Shown here: positions 39,027 through 47,752 of the stretch, one piece after another | Numbering within the stretch: position 1 is the first letter of the stretch | Layout of the letters: every line of letters begins with the position of its first letter | Source: an uncultured Actinomycetota bacterium | GTDB taxonomy: Bacteria; Actinomycetota; Actinomycetes; Actinomycetales; CAWJMD01 | Length of the DNA: 64,000 nt | Reading direction: 5' to 3' | Assembly: GCA_963835085.1 (NCBI GenBank) | Contig: CAWIED010000001.1 | Location: forward strand, 1,998,474-2,062,473 | Notes under the pieces: model-generated | The model's input: only the letters and a program-made list of their open reading frames with translations | The model's database searches: none | Told to the model about the DNA's origin: nothing | Made by a program: the position numbers and the translations under genes

Positions 39027-39160
39027 GAGCACGCGCGGTCGCCCGGTGTATCACAACCGGACGTGAGGGCAGCCTGGCATCGGCCGACAGGGCGGTACCC
39101 AGCACACAAATCTCCCATAGAGCGTCGGGAGACGGGGGGTGGCTGCCCTCCTTTATGGGG

Positions 39161-39199
39161 GCTATGACGATGCCCCGCGTGGTGGGGCATCGTCATAGC
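39161..39199. repeat. ATGCCCC hairpin element (family member 2; perfect 16-bp stem)
   Basis: GCTATGACGATGCCCC gcgtggt GGGGCATCGTCATAGC in the PhoD-like/sodN convergent gap. Confidence 0.8.
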
Positions 39200-39270
39200 G
39201 CCCAGTTCCAGCGCCCCGAGCGCAGGCAACCGAGCTGAAATACCGGTCGATGCTGGGGTATCAGATGCAA

Positions 39271-39299
39271 ATGCCCGGCACCTCCCGGGCGCCGGGCAT
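39271..39299 (-). terminator. hairpin downstream of sodN
   Basis: ATGCCCGGC (39271-39279) pairs with GCCGGGCAT (39291-39299), 24 nt after the sodN stop. On the minus strand it is followed by TTTGCAT. Confidence 0.5.
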
Positions 39300-39322
39300 C
39301 GCAGGTGGTTCTTGGGCCAGGC

Positions 39323-39715
39323 TCAGGCCTTCTTGGTCTCCCAGAAGATCGCGGCGATCTCGTCGATCTTCGCCAGCAGCTGGTCTGCAACGGCCACATC
39401 GGTGGTGGCCTTGGTGCCGCCGCCGCCTGCGAGCTTGGTGGCCTCGTTGAACAGCTGGTTCAACTGGGGGTACTTCTCGAAGTGCGGCGGCTTGAAGTAG
39501 TCGGTCCAAAGCACCCACAGATGATGCTTGACGAGGTCCGACCGCTCTTCCTTGATCGTGATGGCACGCTGCTTGAACGTGGCATCGTCGGAGTTATTGT
39601 GCTTCTGCATGCACGCCTTGACCGACTCGGCCTCGATCTTGGCCTGCGCCGGGTCATAAATGCCACACGGCAGGTCGCAGTGAGCGCTCACGCTGCTGAG
39701 AAAAGGAATACGCAT
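39323..39715 (-). CDS. sodN: nickel superoxide dismutase
   Basis: 130 aa. Pro-peptide MRIPFLSSVSA followed by the Ni-hook HCDLPCGIYDP. Confidence 0.95.
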   Translation of the reverse strand: MRIPFLSSVSAHCDLPCGIYDPAQAKIEAESVKACMQKHNNSDDATFKQRAITIKEERSDLVKHHLWVLWTDYFKPPHFEKYPQLNQLFNEATKLAGGGGTKATTDVAVADQLLAKIDEIAAIFWETKKA

Positions 39716-39767
39716 CGTAACTTCAAGTCCTTTCGGCGAACATCACGGTCGTTGGGACACTACTCCC

Positions 39768-40100
39768 GTGACGTGGTTCCCGCACAGGCAGTGGAGGCAG
39801 CTGCGACTGGTTCGCGTTAGTGGGGAGTCGATGTCGCCGACCCTTGCACCGGGTGACGTATTGGTCGTCAGCACCCTGGCTCACCCTGACGCGGGTGATC
39901 TCGTGCTCGTGAAATGGGCGGACCGTCCGCTGGCGGTCAAGCGCCTGATGCGCCGCGAGGCGTCCGGGGGATGGTGGGTCGAGCGCGACTCCCGCACCGC
40001 CGGCATCGACTCGTTCTCGCACGGCGAAGTGCCTCCCGACGGCCTGCACGCCGTGGTGCTTGCCCGAATCTGGCCACGGCCCAGGCGGTTTCGACGCTAG
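39768..40100 (+). CDS. sodX: S26-family signal peptidase-like NiSOD maturation protease
   Basis: 110 aa. VSGESMSPTLAPGDVLVV (catalytic GxSMxPTL) and divergent arrangement with sodN, as in known sodN-sodX pairs. Confidence 0.85.
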   Translation: MTWFPHRQWRQLRLVRVSGESMSPTLAPGDVLVVSTLAHPDAGDLVLVKWADRPLAVKRLMRREASGGWWVERDSRTAGIDSFSHGEVPPDGLHAVVLARIWPRPRRFRR

Positions 40101-40164
40101 CCAGTCCCGCCTGCCGTCCCCGGGGTTGCCACCTCGGCTGCGCAAAGGGCTTGAAAGCAAGCCT

Positions 40165-40572
40165 TCACCCGTCGTACGGATGCTCCACGAGCGGCGGCCG
40201 CACGTGATAGTCCGCCGCCTCGGCCACCCACCACGCGGTAGTGGTGGTCAGCCCCGTCGGCTGGTCGAGCGTGCCGGCACAGATCGAGAGCTGTTCCGGC
40301 CGATCGGCCACCCGCCAGAACAGGCTCGATCCGCAGCGCGCGCAGAAGCCGTACTCGACCCCGGGCACCGGGGCGTACCAGGTCAGGCTCTGCTCGGTGA
40401 TCGTCACCTGATTCGGATTCGCCGCCGTAACCGCGAGGTGATGTCCGCTGAAACGCCGACACCGACCGCAGTGGCAGTTGAAGACATCGCGCAGTGGCCC
40501 GCGGACCCGGTAGGCAACGCCCCCACACTCACAGCGACCGGTGTACTCACGACGACCGGTGTGTTCGCTCAC
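40165..40572 (-). CDS. GFA family protein (CENP-V/glutathione-dependent formaldehyde-activating fold)
   Basis: GTG 40572: VSEHTGRREYTGRCECGGVAYRVRGPLRDVFNCHCGRCRRFSGHH...FCARCGSSLF, with Cys-rich zinc motifs of the GFA domain. Start uncertain. Confidence 0.8.
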   Translation of the reverse strand: MSEHTGRREYTGRCECGGVAYRVRGPLRDVFNCHCGRCRRFSGHHLAVTAANPNQVTITEQSLTWYAPVPGVEYGFCARCGSSLFWRVADRPEQLSICAGTLDQPTGLTTTTAWWVAEAADYHVRPPLVEHPYDG

Positions 40573-40786
40573 CGGCCAATGATGGCAGCCAGTCGAGGTT
40601 CTCCTCGTGCCATTGCTGCCGCCGGGCCTGGTCGGCCAACATCGCGTGCGCGGCATTGCTCCGCGCTCCCCTGGCCAGGTAGGCATCCGCGACCTGCCAC
40701 AGCCAGGGTAGACCGAGTTGAGTCGCCAGGCCGTCGGGCATGGCGTTCGTCCAACCGCTCATACGAGTAGTCAACGCGTCGTTCAT
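40547..40786 (-). CDS. hypothetical protein (79 aa)
   Basis: ORF MNDALTTRMSGWTNAMPDGLATQLGLPWLWQVADAYLARG... with mostly G/C third positions. The 3' end overlaps the GFA gene start by 26 nt. No family recognised. Confidence 0.4.
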   Translation of the reverse strand: MNDALTTRMSGWTNAMPDGLATQLGLPWLWQVADAYLARGARSNAAHAMLADQARRQQWHEENLDWLPSLAGERTHRSS

Positions 40787-40890
40787 GTCGAACGGAGGAT
40801 GCTCGCGTAAAGGCCGTGTAAATTCTTCGGTTCACCCGCCCGCTGCCCGCGGGCTCAGCTGAATTCTCGGCTCACCTGCCCGCAGGCCGG

Positions 40891-43800
40891 TTGTCGGTGC
40901 CGTCGCCTATCGTCGTGCAGGTGAAGGAACTCGAGTCCCTGAACCCGGTGCTGGCCACCTGGCTGCGCGAGCTCACCGAGGCTGAACTGCGCGAAGAGCT
41001 GGGCGGTGAGACCGTGCATCGCGGGCGCGCCTACGTGAACCAGGGGCGCATCGTCGAACTCACGGTGGGCGGCGACGGCGAGTCCTTGCGCGCCCTCGTG
41101 CGCGGCAGCCGCGGCATGTACACCACGGTCATCGAGGCGGCCAGCTTCGGCTACGAGCAGCTTCAACTCGACGACCTGGCCTGGTTCGGCCGCTGTTCGT
41201 GCCCGATGGTGTCAGACTGCAAACACGTGGCCGCAGTACTGATCAGTGCCTCGCAGACGGTCCTGCGAGCCGGTCCCGCTGCTCACAACCGGGCCGGCGA
41301 CGGGTGGGAGAAGCAACTTGCTGCCCTCGTCCGCGAGCCGGAACTGTTCGAGACCTCGCGTCTGGGGCTGCAGTTCGAGTATCACGAGCCGCGGCCCTCG
41401 GCCTGGTCGTCGGGTGCCCCGTCAGTGCGCATGCGTCCGGTCACGACGGGTAAGCGCGGCGGCTGGATCAAAACGGGCGTGGGCTGGAACGACCTCATGT
41501 CGCCGTACCAGCGTGTGCACACCCAACCCGAGCAGCTGGAGGCCGTCCGCGAGCTCTACTCACTGGCCGAGTCCCGCCTGCGCGCGCACTACTCCTACGG
41601 TTCTCAGTCGCATGTCCGGCTCGACGACGTGGGCCCAGGGGTATGGCGGGTGCTCGCTCGCGCCGTCCAGGCGGGCGTCACCCTCGTGCCCGCCCCAGGC
41701 CTGGCCGGGGTAACGCTCAGCGATGCGGCAGCCGAGGTCACGCTCGCCGCAGCCGAGCTGGACGAGGGTGGCATCGTGCTCGATCCGCAGGTCGTGCTCG
41801 GCTCTGAGGTCGTTGCCCTGCGCGACCTGAGCTGGGTCGGCCGGCCGCCTTTCGGCTTCGCCCAGCTGCAGCAGCTCGCTCACGACCTGGCCCGGGCCGG
41901 GGCCTCACGGCAGCGGCTGAACCTCGTGCCGCTCGCCCGTCCCCTCGACGATGAGGTGGCCGCAGTGCTGGCCACCGGCCCGGTTCGGGTGCCCGAACGC
42001 GACGTCGCCCGATTCGCCACCACCTACCTGCCACGGTTGCGCCGCCGGGTGCCGGTGCGCGGCGGCGGGCAGGCGTTACGACCGCCCACGATCACCGGGC
42101 CCGAACTCGTCATGGAGCTGCTGGTGCAGCCCGAGCATCATCTCGGCCTGGTGATGAGCTGGCGTTACGTGGTGAACGGATCAGGGGTGGAGCTGCCCGC
42201 AGATCTGCCGGGCGCCCAGTTCGCCGATGGCGTGCCCGAACGTGATCTGGCGGCTGAGGCAGCCGTCACCGAACGGGTTCGAGCCGCCGGCCTGCCACCG
42301 CACCTGCTCTCCGGCCCGGCCCCTGAGGGCAGGCCGCGGGCGGGTGCGGTCCTGGAAGGCATCGAAGCCGCCCGCTTCGTCACCGAGGTGCTGCCCGAGC
42401 TCGGCTCACTCGATGACGTCATCGTGGCCGTCGAGGGCGAGCTGCCCGAATACCGCGAGGTGCTCGACGCACCGCTCATCACCGTCTCGGCCACTGACGA
42501 CGCCGATCCCACCCGCACCGACTGGTTCGACCTCGGCGTCACGGTGACAGTCGGTGGCGAGAACGTGCCGTTCGGTCCGTTGTTCAAGGCACTCGCCCGC
42601 GGTGCCGGCCACCTTGTGCTCACCTCGGGCGCTTGGTTCAGCCTCGATCGCCCCGAACTGCACGCGTTGCGCGCCCTCATCGACGAGGCCCGCACCCTGC
42701 AAGACCGGCGCGGCGCATTGCAGCTCAACCGGGTGCACGCCGGCCTGTGGGAGGAACTCGTCAACCTCGGGGTGGTGGGCGAGCAGTCGAGCCGATGGTC
42801 GCAGTCGGTGGCCACCCTGCTGGCGCTGGACGAGTTCCCCACTCCCCCCACGCCGTCCACCCTCAAGGCTCAGCTTCGGCCCTACCAGGAACGTGGCTAT
42901 CAATGGCTCAGCCTGCTGTGGGAGCACGGCCTCGGCGGCATTCTGGCCGACGACATGGGGCTCGGCAAGACCGTGCAGACCCTGGCCGCGATCGCCCGGC
43001 AGTCTGAGCTGGGCACGCTCACAGAGCCCGTCTTGGTCGTGTGCCCCACGTCGGTGATCGGCACATGGGCCGAGCAGGCCGCCCAGTTCAGCCCCGACCT
43101 CAGGGTCGCCATGGTCACCGGGACGGGGCGCCGGCGTGAGCACACCCTGGCAGCGCTGGCGGCTAGCCATGACATCGTGGTCACCTCCTATACCCTGGTG
43201 CGGCTCGACGCCGAAGAATATGGTGAAATCGCTTGGGCAGCAATGATTCTCGATGAAGCTCAGGCCGTCAAGAACCACCGAGCCAAGACCTACGCGAGCG
43301 TGCGCAAAATGCCGGCCCGGTTCAAGGTGGCCATCACTGGCACCCCGCTCGAGAACTCTTTGATGGATCTCTGGTCGCTACTGTCGATCGTGGCGCCGGG
43401 GCTGTACCCCGACCCGCAGGCCTTCACCGACAACTACCGCCGCCCGATCGAGGTGGGCGCCTCGGTGGAGCATCTCGAACGGCTGCGCCGACGGATCCGA
43501 CCGTTCATGCTTCGCCGGCGCAAGGCCGACGTGGCACCGGAACTACCCCCCAAGCAAGAGCAGATCCTGCACGTCGACCTCAGCCCCGCACAGCGCCGGG
43601 TCTACGGCAAGCATCTCCAGCTCGAGCGGCAACGCGTGCTCGGCATGCTCGATGACGTGCAGCGCAATCGGGTGGCGATCTTTCGCGCCCTCACCAAGCT
43701 GCGCCAGCTCACGCTGGCCCCCGAGCTGGTCGATCCTGCCGAGAGCCGCATCGGGTCGAGCAAGCTCGACGTGCTGATGGAGCAGCTCGAAGAGGTGGTG

Positions 43801-44259
43801 GCCGAGGGCCACCGGGCCCTGGTGTTCAGCCAGTTCACGGGGTTCCTAGGCCTGCTGCGCCGGCGGCTCGACACTGCGGGCATCGCTTATTCCTACCTCG
43901 ACGGACGCACTCGCGACCGGGCCCAGCGCATCGCCTCGTTCCGAGAGGGCGACGATCCCCTGTTCCTGATCAGCCTCAAAGCGGGCGGTTTCGGCCTGAC
44001 CCTTACGGAGGCCGACTACGTCTACGTGCTCGACCCGTGGTGGAACCCGGCCGCCGAAGAGCAGGCCATCGACCGCACCCACCGCATCGGCCAAGACAAA
44101 ACGGTCATGGTGTACCGGCTCGTGGCAGCCGACACCATCGAAGACAAGGTGGTGGCCCTACAGGAGCGTAAGCGCCAGCTCTTCGACAACGTCATCGAGG
44201 CAGGCAGCGGCACCGGCGCTCCCCTGAGCGCCGACGACATCCGCGAGCTCCTGGCCTGA
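40891..44259 (+). CDS. SNF2-family helicase with N-terminal SWIM zinc finger (HelZ-like)
   Basis: 1122-aa intact ORF. SWIM CSCPMVSDCKHVAAVL; SNF2_N motifs LADDMGLGKTVQT and DEAQAVKN; helicase-C motifs VFSQFTGFL and LKAGGFGLTLTEADYVYVLDPWWNPAAEEQAIDRTHRIGQ. Confidence 0.9.
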   Translation: MSVPSPIVVQVKELESLNPVLATWLRELTEAELREELGGETVHRGRAYVNQGRIVELTVGGDGESLRALVRGSRGMYTTVIEAASFGYEQLQLDDLAWFGRCSCPMVSDCKHVAAVLISASQTVLRAGPAAHNRAGDGWEKQLAALVREPELFETSRLGLQFEYHEPRPSAWSSGAPSVRMRPVTTGKRGGWIKTGVGWNDLMSPYQRVHTQPEQLEAVRELYSLAESRLRAHYSYGSQSHVRLDDVGPGVWRVLARAVQAGVTLVPAPGLAGVTLSDAAAEVTLAAAELDEGGIVLDPQVVLGSEVVALRDLSWVGRPPFGFAQLQQLAHDLARAGASRQRLNLVPLARPLDDEVAAVLATGPVRVPERDVARFATTYLPRLRRRVPVRGGGQALRPPTITGPELVMELLVQPEHHLGLVMSWRYVVNGSGVELPADLPGAQFADGVPERDLAAEAAVTERVRAAGLPPHLLSGPAPEGRPRAGAVLEGIEAARFVTEVLPELGSLDDVIVAVEGELPEYREVLDAPLITVSATDDADPTRTDWFDLGVTVTVGGENVPFGPLFKALARGAGHLVLTSGAWFSLDRPELHALRALIDEARTLQDRRGALQLNRVHAGLWEELVNLGVVGEQSSRWSQSVATLLALDEFPTPPTPSTLKAQLRPYQERGYQWLSLLWEHGLGGILADDMGLGKTVQTLAAIARQSELGTLTEPVLVVCPTSVIGTWAEQAAQFSPDLRVAMVTGTGRRREHTLAALAASHDIVVTSYTLVRLDAEEYGEIAWAAMILDEAQAVKNHRAKTYASVRKMPARFKVAITGTPLENSLMDLWSLLSIVAPGLYPDPQAFTDNYRRPIEVGASVEHLERLRRRIRPFMLRRRKADVAPELPPKQEQILHVDLSPAQRRVYGKHLQLERQRVLGMLDDVQRNRVAIFRALTKLRQLTLAPELVDPAESRIGSSKLDVLMEQLEEVVAEGHRALVFSQFTGFLGLLRRRLDTAGIAYSYLDGRTRDRAQRIASFREGDDPLFLISLKAGGFGLTLTEADYVYVLDPWWNPAAEEQAIDRTHRIGQDKTVMVYRLVAADTIEDKVVALQERKRQLFDNVIEAGSGTGAPLSADDIRELLA

Positions 44260-44262
44260 GGC

Positions 44263-45951
44263 CTAGAGCAGGCCTTGGGCGCGCAACTCAACCTGTAGGT
44301 CGTGCGGATTCGACGAGGCGTGCAAAGCGTCGTCCAACGAGATCACCCGGTCGCGATACAGCGCCAGGAGGTGCTGGTCGAAGCTCTGCATGCCGTAGAA
44401 GCCGCCCTCCTTGATCAGCTGGGTGATCATCCCCGTCTTCTCGGGGTCGGCGATGGCATCGGCGATCCGGCCGTTGTTGACGCAGATCTCCATGACCACC
44501 ACGCGTCCCCTGCCGTCCGAGCGCGGCACCAGCCGCTGACACACGATGCCCTTCAGCGCCGCAGACAGCGAAAGCCGCACCTGCTTCTGCTCGTGCGGCG
44601 GGAAGAAGTCGATGACCCGAGTGATCGTCTCGGCAGCGTCCGTGGTGTGCAGGGTGGACATGACGAAGTGACCGGTTTCCGAAGCCGACAGCGCCGCGCC
44701 GACCGTCTCGGCGTCACGCATCTCACCCACGAGCACCACGTCGGGGTCTTGCCGCATAGCCGCGCGCAGAGCCACAGCGAAGTTCTTGGTGTCGAGGCCG
44801 ACCTCGCGCTGGTTGATGATCGAGGCCTTGTCGTGGTGCAACACCTCGATCGGGTCTTCGATCGTGACGATGTGCACCTCCTTGGTCGTGTTGATGTGAT
44901 CGACCATGCCGGCGAGCGTCGTCGTCTTGCCCGAACCAGTCGGTCCGGTCACGAGGACCAACCCACGCGGTTCCAGCGCCAGCGACGCGATCACCTCGGG
45001 CACGCCCAGCTCCGTCAACGGAATGGCACCCACCGCCACCCGGCGAAAGACCAGGCCGACCGAACCGCGCGCCCGGTAGGCGTTGACGCGGAACCGTCCC
45101 ACGCCGGCCAGGGAGAAGCCGAAGTCGGCCTCGTTGTTCTTGCGGAAGTCTTCGACCAGATCGGCGCGGATGACCTCCGACAGCATGTGGTCGGTGTCGG
45201 CCGGAATGAGATCGCGGGCCCGCACGCGGCGCAGTCGGCCGTCGATCCGGATCCGCGGAGCAGCGCCTACCTTGCAGTGCAGGTCGGAGCCCGAAAGCTC
45301 TGACAGAGCACGAAGAAACGGAAGCACCGACAGCGGCTCCTGAGGCTCACTCCCCACGTCCCTCTGTCGCGGCGCCTCTGAAGCAGCCGACGCAGACGGC
45401 TCCGCGCTGGACTCGGCAGGCTCCGGCGAACTCGACTCGGCGGACCCCGGAGGACCCTGCTCGACAGCGGCCTCGGAACTCGACTCGGCCGAGGCTCCCG
45501 AACTCGGCTCAGCAGAAGGCTCCTGGCTCGGCTTGGCCGGTGCCTCCGGCGAGCTCATGGCCGGCGCGTCGATCGACGCAGGCTCACTCGTGACCCGCTC
45601 CTCGTCGTAACCAGCCGTCACGCTCGCACCCGATTCCTCGTTCTGGCCAGCCGACTCGCTCGCCTGCGACTTCTCGTCGAGATCCGAGGGATGCGGGGCC
45701 GCCGCAGGCTCCTCATGCGCTTCAGCCGACTCCGCCACCTCTGGCTCTTTCCGCTCGGCCGCCGACGCCTGCTCCGGAACGCGAGCCGCCGCCCCGGCCC
45801 GAGCCACGAACTGCGGCTGGTACGGCTGGGGCCACCCCGGAGGGGTGCTGTTGCCGCTGTGTTGCTGCCCTGCCGGCTGCTTGGGAATGGCTGTGGGCGC
45901 CGCAGCAGGCGCGTAGTCGTCCGGTGTGTGGGTCTCGGCGGTCACTTGCAC
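44263..45951 (-). CDS. pilT: PilT-family type IV pilus retraction-type ATPase with ~250-aa acidic Ser/Pro/Glu-rich N-terminal extension
   Basis: C-terminal ~345 aa: LVLVTGPTGSGKTTTLA (Walker A), DPDVVLVGEMRD (Walker B), HFVMSTLHT, QRLVP. N-terminal region is low complexity (PSQEPSAEPSSGASAESSSEAAVEQGPPGSAESSSPEPAESSAEPSASAASEAP). Start uncertain: GTG 45951 chosen, and it must lie below 46133 because of the bL37 gene. Confidence 0.8.
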   Translation of the reverse strand: MQVTAETHTPDDYAPAAAPTAIPKQPAGQQHSGNSTPPGWPQPYQPQFVARAGAAARVPEQASAAERKEPEVAESAEAHEEPAAAPHPSDLDEKSQASESAGQNEESGASVTAGYDEERVTSEPASIDAPAMSSPEAPAKPSQEPSAEPSSGASAESSSEAAVEQGPPGSAESSSPEPAESSAEPSASAASEAPRQRDVGSEPQEPLSVLPFLRALSELSGSDLHCKVGAAPRIRIDGRLRRVRARDLIPADTDHMLSEVIRADLVEDFRKNNEADFGFSLAGVGRFRVNAYRARGSVGLVFRRVAVGAIPLTELGVPEVIASLALEPRGLVLVTGPTGSGKTTTLAGMVDHINTTKEVHIVTIEDPIEVLHHDKASIINQREVGLDTKNFAVALRAAMRQDPDVVLVGEMRDAETVGAALSASETGHFVMSTLHTTDAAETITRVIDFFPPHEQKQVRLSLSAALKGIVCQRLVPRSDGRGRVVVMEICVNNGRIADAIADPEKTGMITQLIKEGGFYGMQSFDQHLLALYRDRVISLDDALHASSNPHDLQVELRAQGLL

Positions 45952-46132
45952 AGTTTCGGCACTCGCGCAAGCCGGCTTGAACCTTGGGCCGCCCTTTGGG
46001 CGCGCAGCATACGACGCCGCACCCACCGATTCGAGCGGCTGAGACGCCGGGAGGGCTCGGCGCCGGGCCGTGTGCAACCAGTCGGCGGATCTGCGACGAT
46101 GGGCGTCGCATTTCTTGAAGAGGAGGCCAGAT

Positions 46133-46207
46133 ATGAGCAAGCGCGCCCGCAAGCGTCGCACCCGCAAGAAGGGTGGGGCCAACCACGGCAAGCGGCCCAA
46201 CGCCTGA
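46133..46207 (+). CDS. ribosomal micro-protein bL37-like (24 aa)
   Basis: Below the ORF-track size cutoff. GAAGAGGAGG then ATG 46133: MSKRARKRRTRKKGGANHGKRPNA, stop 46205-46207. Matches the conserved actinobacterial ...ANHGKRPN peptide; followed by a strong hairpin. Confidence 0.75.
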   Translation: MSKRARKRRTRKKGGANHGKRPNA

Positions 46208-46237
46208 GTCGGCACGCCTGACAAAGGCCCGCTGCGA

Positions 46238-46266
46238 AAGGTCCCGGTCGCTGAGACCGGGACCTT
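46238..46266 (+). terminator. hairpin downstream of the bL37 gene
   Basis: AAGGTCCCGGTC gctga GACCGGGACCTT: 12-bp perfect stem, 30 nt after the stop. Confidence 0.6.
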
Positions 46267-46421
46267 CGTTGTCGGCACGGGTTTGCGCACGAGAGGCGCT
46301 CACGAGCGTGATCCGCCACGATTGCCGTCAGGATGCCGCCGGATCCTTCAGGTGGACCGCGCTCTGCCAGGGCGTCCGTCGCAGTGCCGTCAGGCCTACG
46401 GCCGACGGACCGGGAGCTGCC

Positions 46422-46685
46422 TCACACGTCGCGGATCGTGACCTGGGTGATCTGGGAGACGATGCGCACCCGGAGCGTCTCCGGCGCGGATTCGCACGAA
46501 CACGATCGACGCACCAACGCCTTCAATGCCGCATCCAGGTCGTGTTGGCTCAGACACGGGGCGCATTCTTCGAGGTGCTCGCGGATCTTCTGCGGGTCGA
46601 GGTTCGTCTTCTCCCGGTCGAGGTAGACGAACAACTCCTCCAGCACCGCCTGACAGTCGACCTCATGGGGTTTGCCACAACTCAC
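46422..46685 (-). CDS. rsrA: anti-sigma factor RsrA/RshA (ZAS family, redox-sensing)
   Basis: 87 aa with the HxxxCxxC motif in [10 protein letters not shown] plus N-terminal Cys. GTGA overlap with the sigma gene stop. Confidence 0.9.
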   Translation of the reverse strand: MSCGKPHEVDCQAVLEELFVYLDREKTNLDPQKIREHLEECAPCLSQHDLDAALKALVRRSCSCESAPETLRVRIVSQITQVTIRDV

Positions 46686-47404
46686 CGTCCGGCCTCCTCA
46701 ACAGTGACCTGCGCGGTCCCGTCCTGCTGTGCCGTCGCTGCGCCGGCCTTAGCGGCGCTCTGCACCAAGCCGCGCTCGCGGGCATAGTCTTCCAACAGGT
46801 CGCGCAACTGCCGCCGACCTCGGTGCAGCCGCGACATCACGGTGCCGATGGGAGTGCCCATGATCTCGGCGATCTCCTTATAGGCGAAGCCTTCGACGTC
46901 TGCGTAGTACACCGCCATCCGGAACTCCTCCGGCAGTGCCTGGAGGGCGTCTTTGACGTCCGAGTCGGGAAGCCTGTCGAGCGCCTCGGTCTCTGCCGAG
47001 CGCAAGCCGGTGGAGCTGTGCGACTCGGCGCGAGCGAGCTGCCAATCTTCAATGTCTTCGGCGGCCGACTGCAGCGGCTGACGCTGCTTCTTGCGGTAGT
47101 TGTTGATGTACGTGTTCGTCAGAATCCGGTACAGCCAGGCCTTGAGGTTGGTGCCCGGACGGTACTGGTGGAACGAGGCGAACGCCTTCGTAAACGTCTC
47201 TTGCACAAGGTCTTCGGCGTCGGCGGGGTTGCGGGTCATGCGCAGGCCCGCCGAGTAGAGCTGGTCTAGATACTGAAGGGCGTCGCGCTCGAACCGAGCC
47301 AGTCGATCGGACGAGGACTCCTGCGGCGCGCGCTCGGTGTCTTCGCCGATCTCGACCTGCGCGGCGTCATCGGCCCGGTCGCCGGGTGGGGTGCTCTCGC
47401 TCAT
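46682..47404 (-). CDS. sigH: ECF sigma factor SigH/SigR (thiol-oxidative stress)
   Basis: ATG 47404: [10 protein letters not shown]...[38 protein letters not shown]...[39 protein letters not shown]. An in-frame upstream ATG at 47593 with AAGGAGG would add 63 aa (see findings). Confidence 0.9.
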   Translation of the reverse strand: MSESTPPGDRADDAAQVEIGEDTERAPQESSSDRLARFERDALQYLDQLYSAGLRMTRNPADAEDLVQETFTKAFASFHQYRPGTNLKAWLYRILTNTYINNYRKKQRQPLQSAAEDIEDWQLARAESHSSTGLRSAETEALDRLPDSDVKDALQALPEEFRMAVYYADVEGFAYKEIAEIMGTPIGTVMSRLHRGRRQLRDLLEDYARERGLVQSAAKAGAATAQQDGTAQVTVEEAGR

Positions 47405-47689
47405 CGTCGCCCAGCCTAGTGCCCCGACGGTCAAGCCCGCCGGGCCGTTGCCGAGCGCGCCGACACTGGCTGCCGGGCGAGCGGCCAACCCGAGGGGACG
47501 CCTGCTCAACTGAATGCCACCACCACCCCCGGCGCGGGTGTCAGGCCTAATGTCCGGGGAAACGCGCAAGCGCCGTCTCGCCACGCTTGTCATCGGCTCC
47601 TCCTTGCGATCACGACCCTCCGGCTCCAGGGGAGTCGCAGGGCTGGCGGCGACACGTGCGCCACGGTCTTCGTTCGGTTCACGGGGGCA

Positions 47690-47716
47690 AACGCCGCACG
47701 GACGGCGGGCTATTCC
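47690..47716 (-). promoter_or_regulatory. candidate SigR/SigH-type promoter (GGAAT-N19-GTT)
   Basis: Minus strand GGAAT (47716-47712) AGCCCGCCGTCCGTGCGGC GTT (47692-47690), ~97 nt upstream of ATG 47593. The spacer is one nt longer than the commonly quoted N18. Confidence 0.45.
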
Positions 47717-47752
47717 AACCCCTCCCCGCCGCTCGGCACCTCAGCGCCTCAA

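Noticed and set aside
45952-46290. Full-length 675-aa start of the PilT ORF at 46290
   Set aside because: This start would overlap the well-supported bL37 micro-gene and its terminator on the opposite strand. The N-terminal 110 codons are basic and noise-like, unlike the acidic extension that follows.
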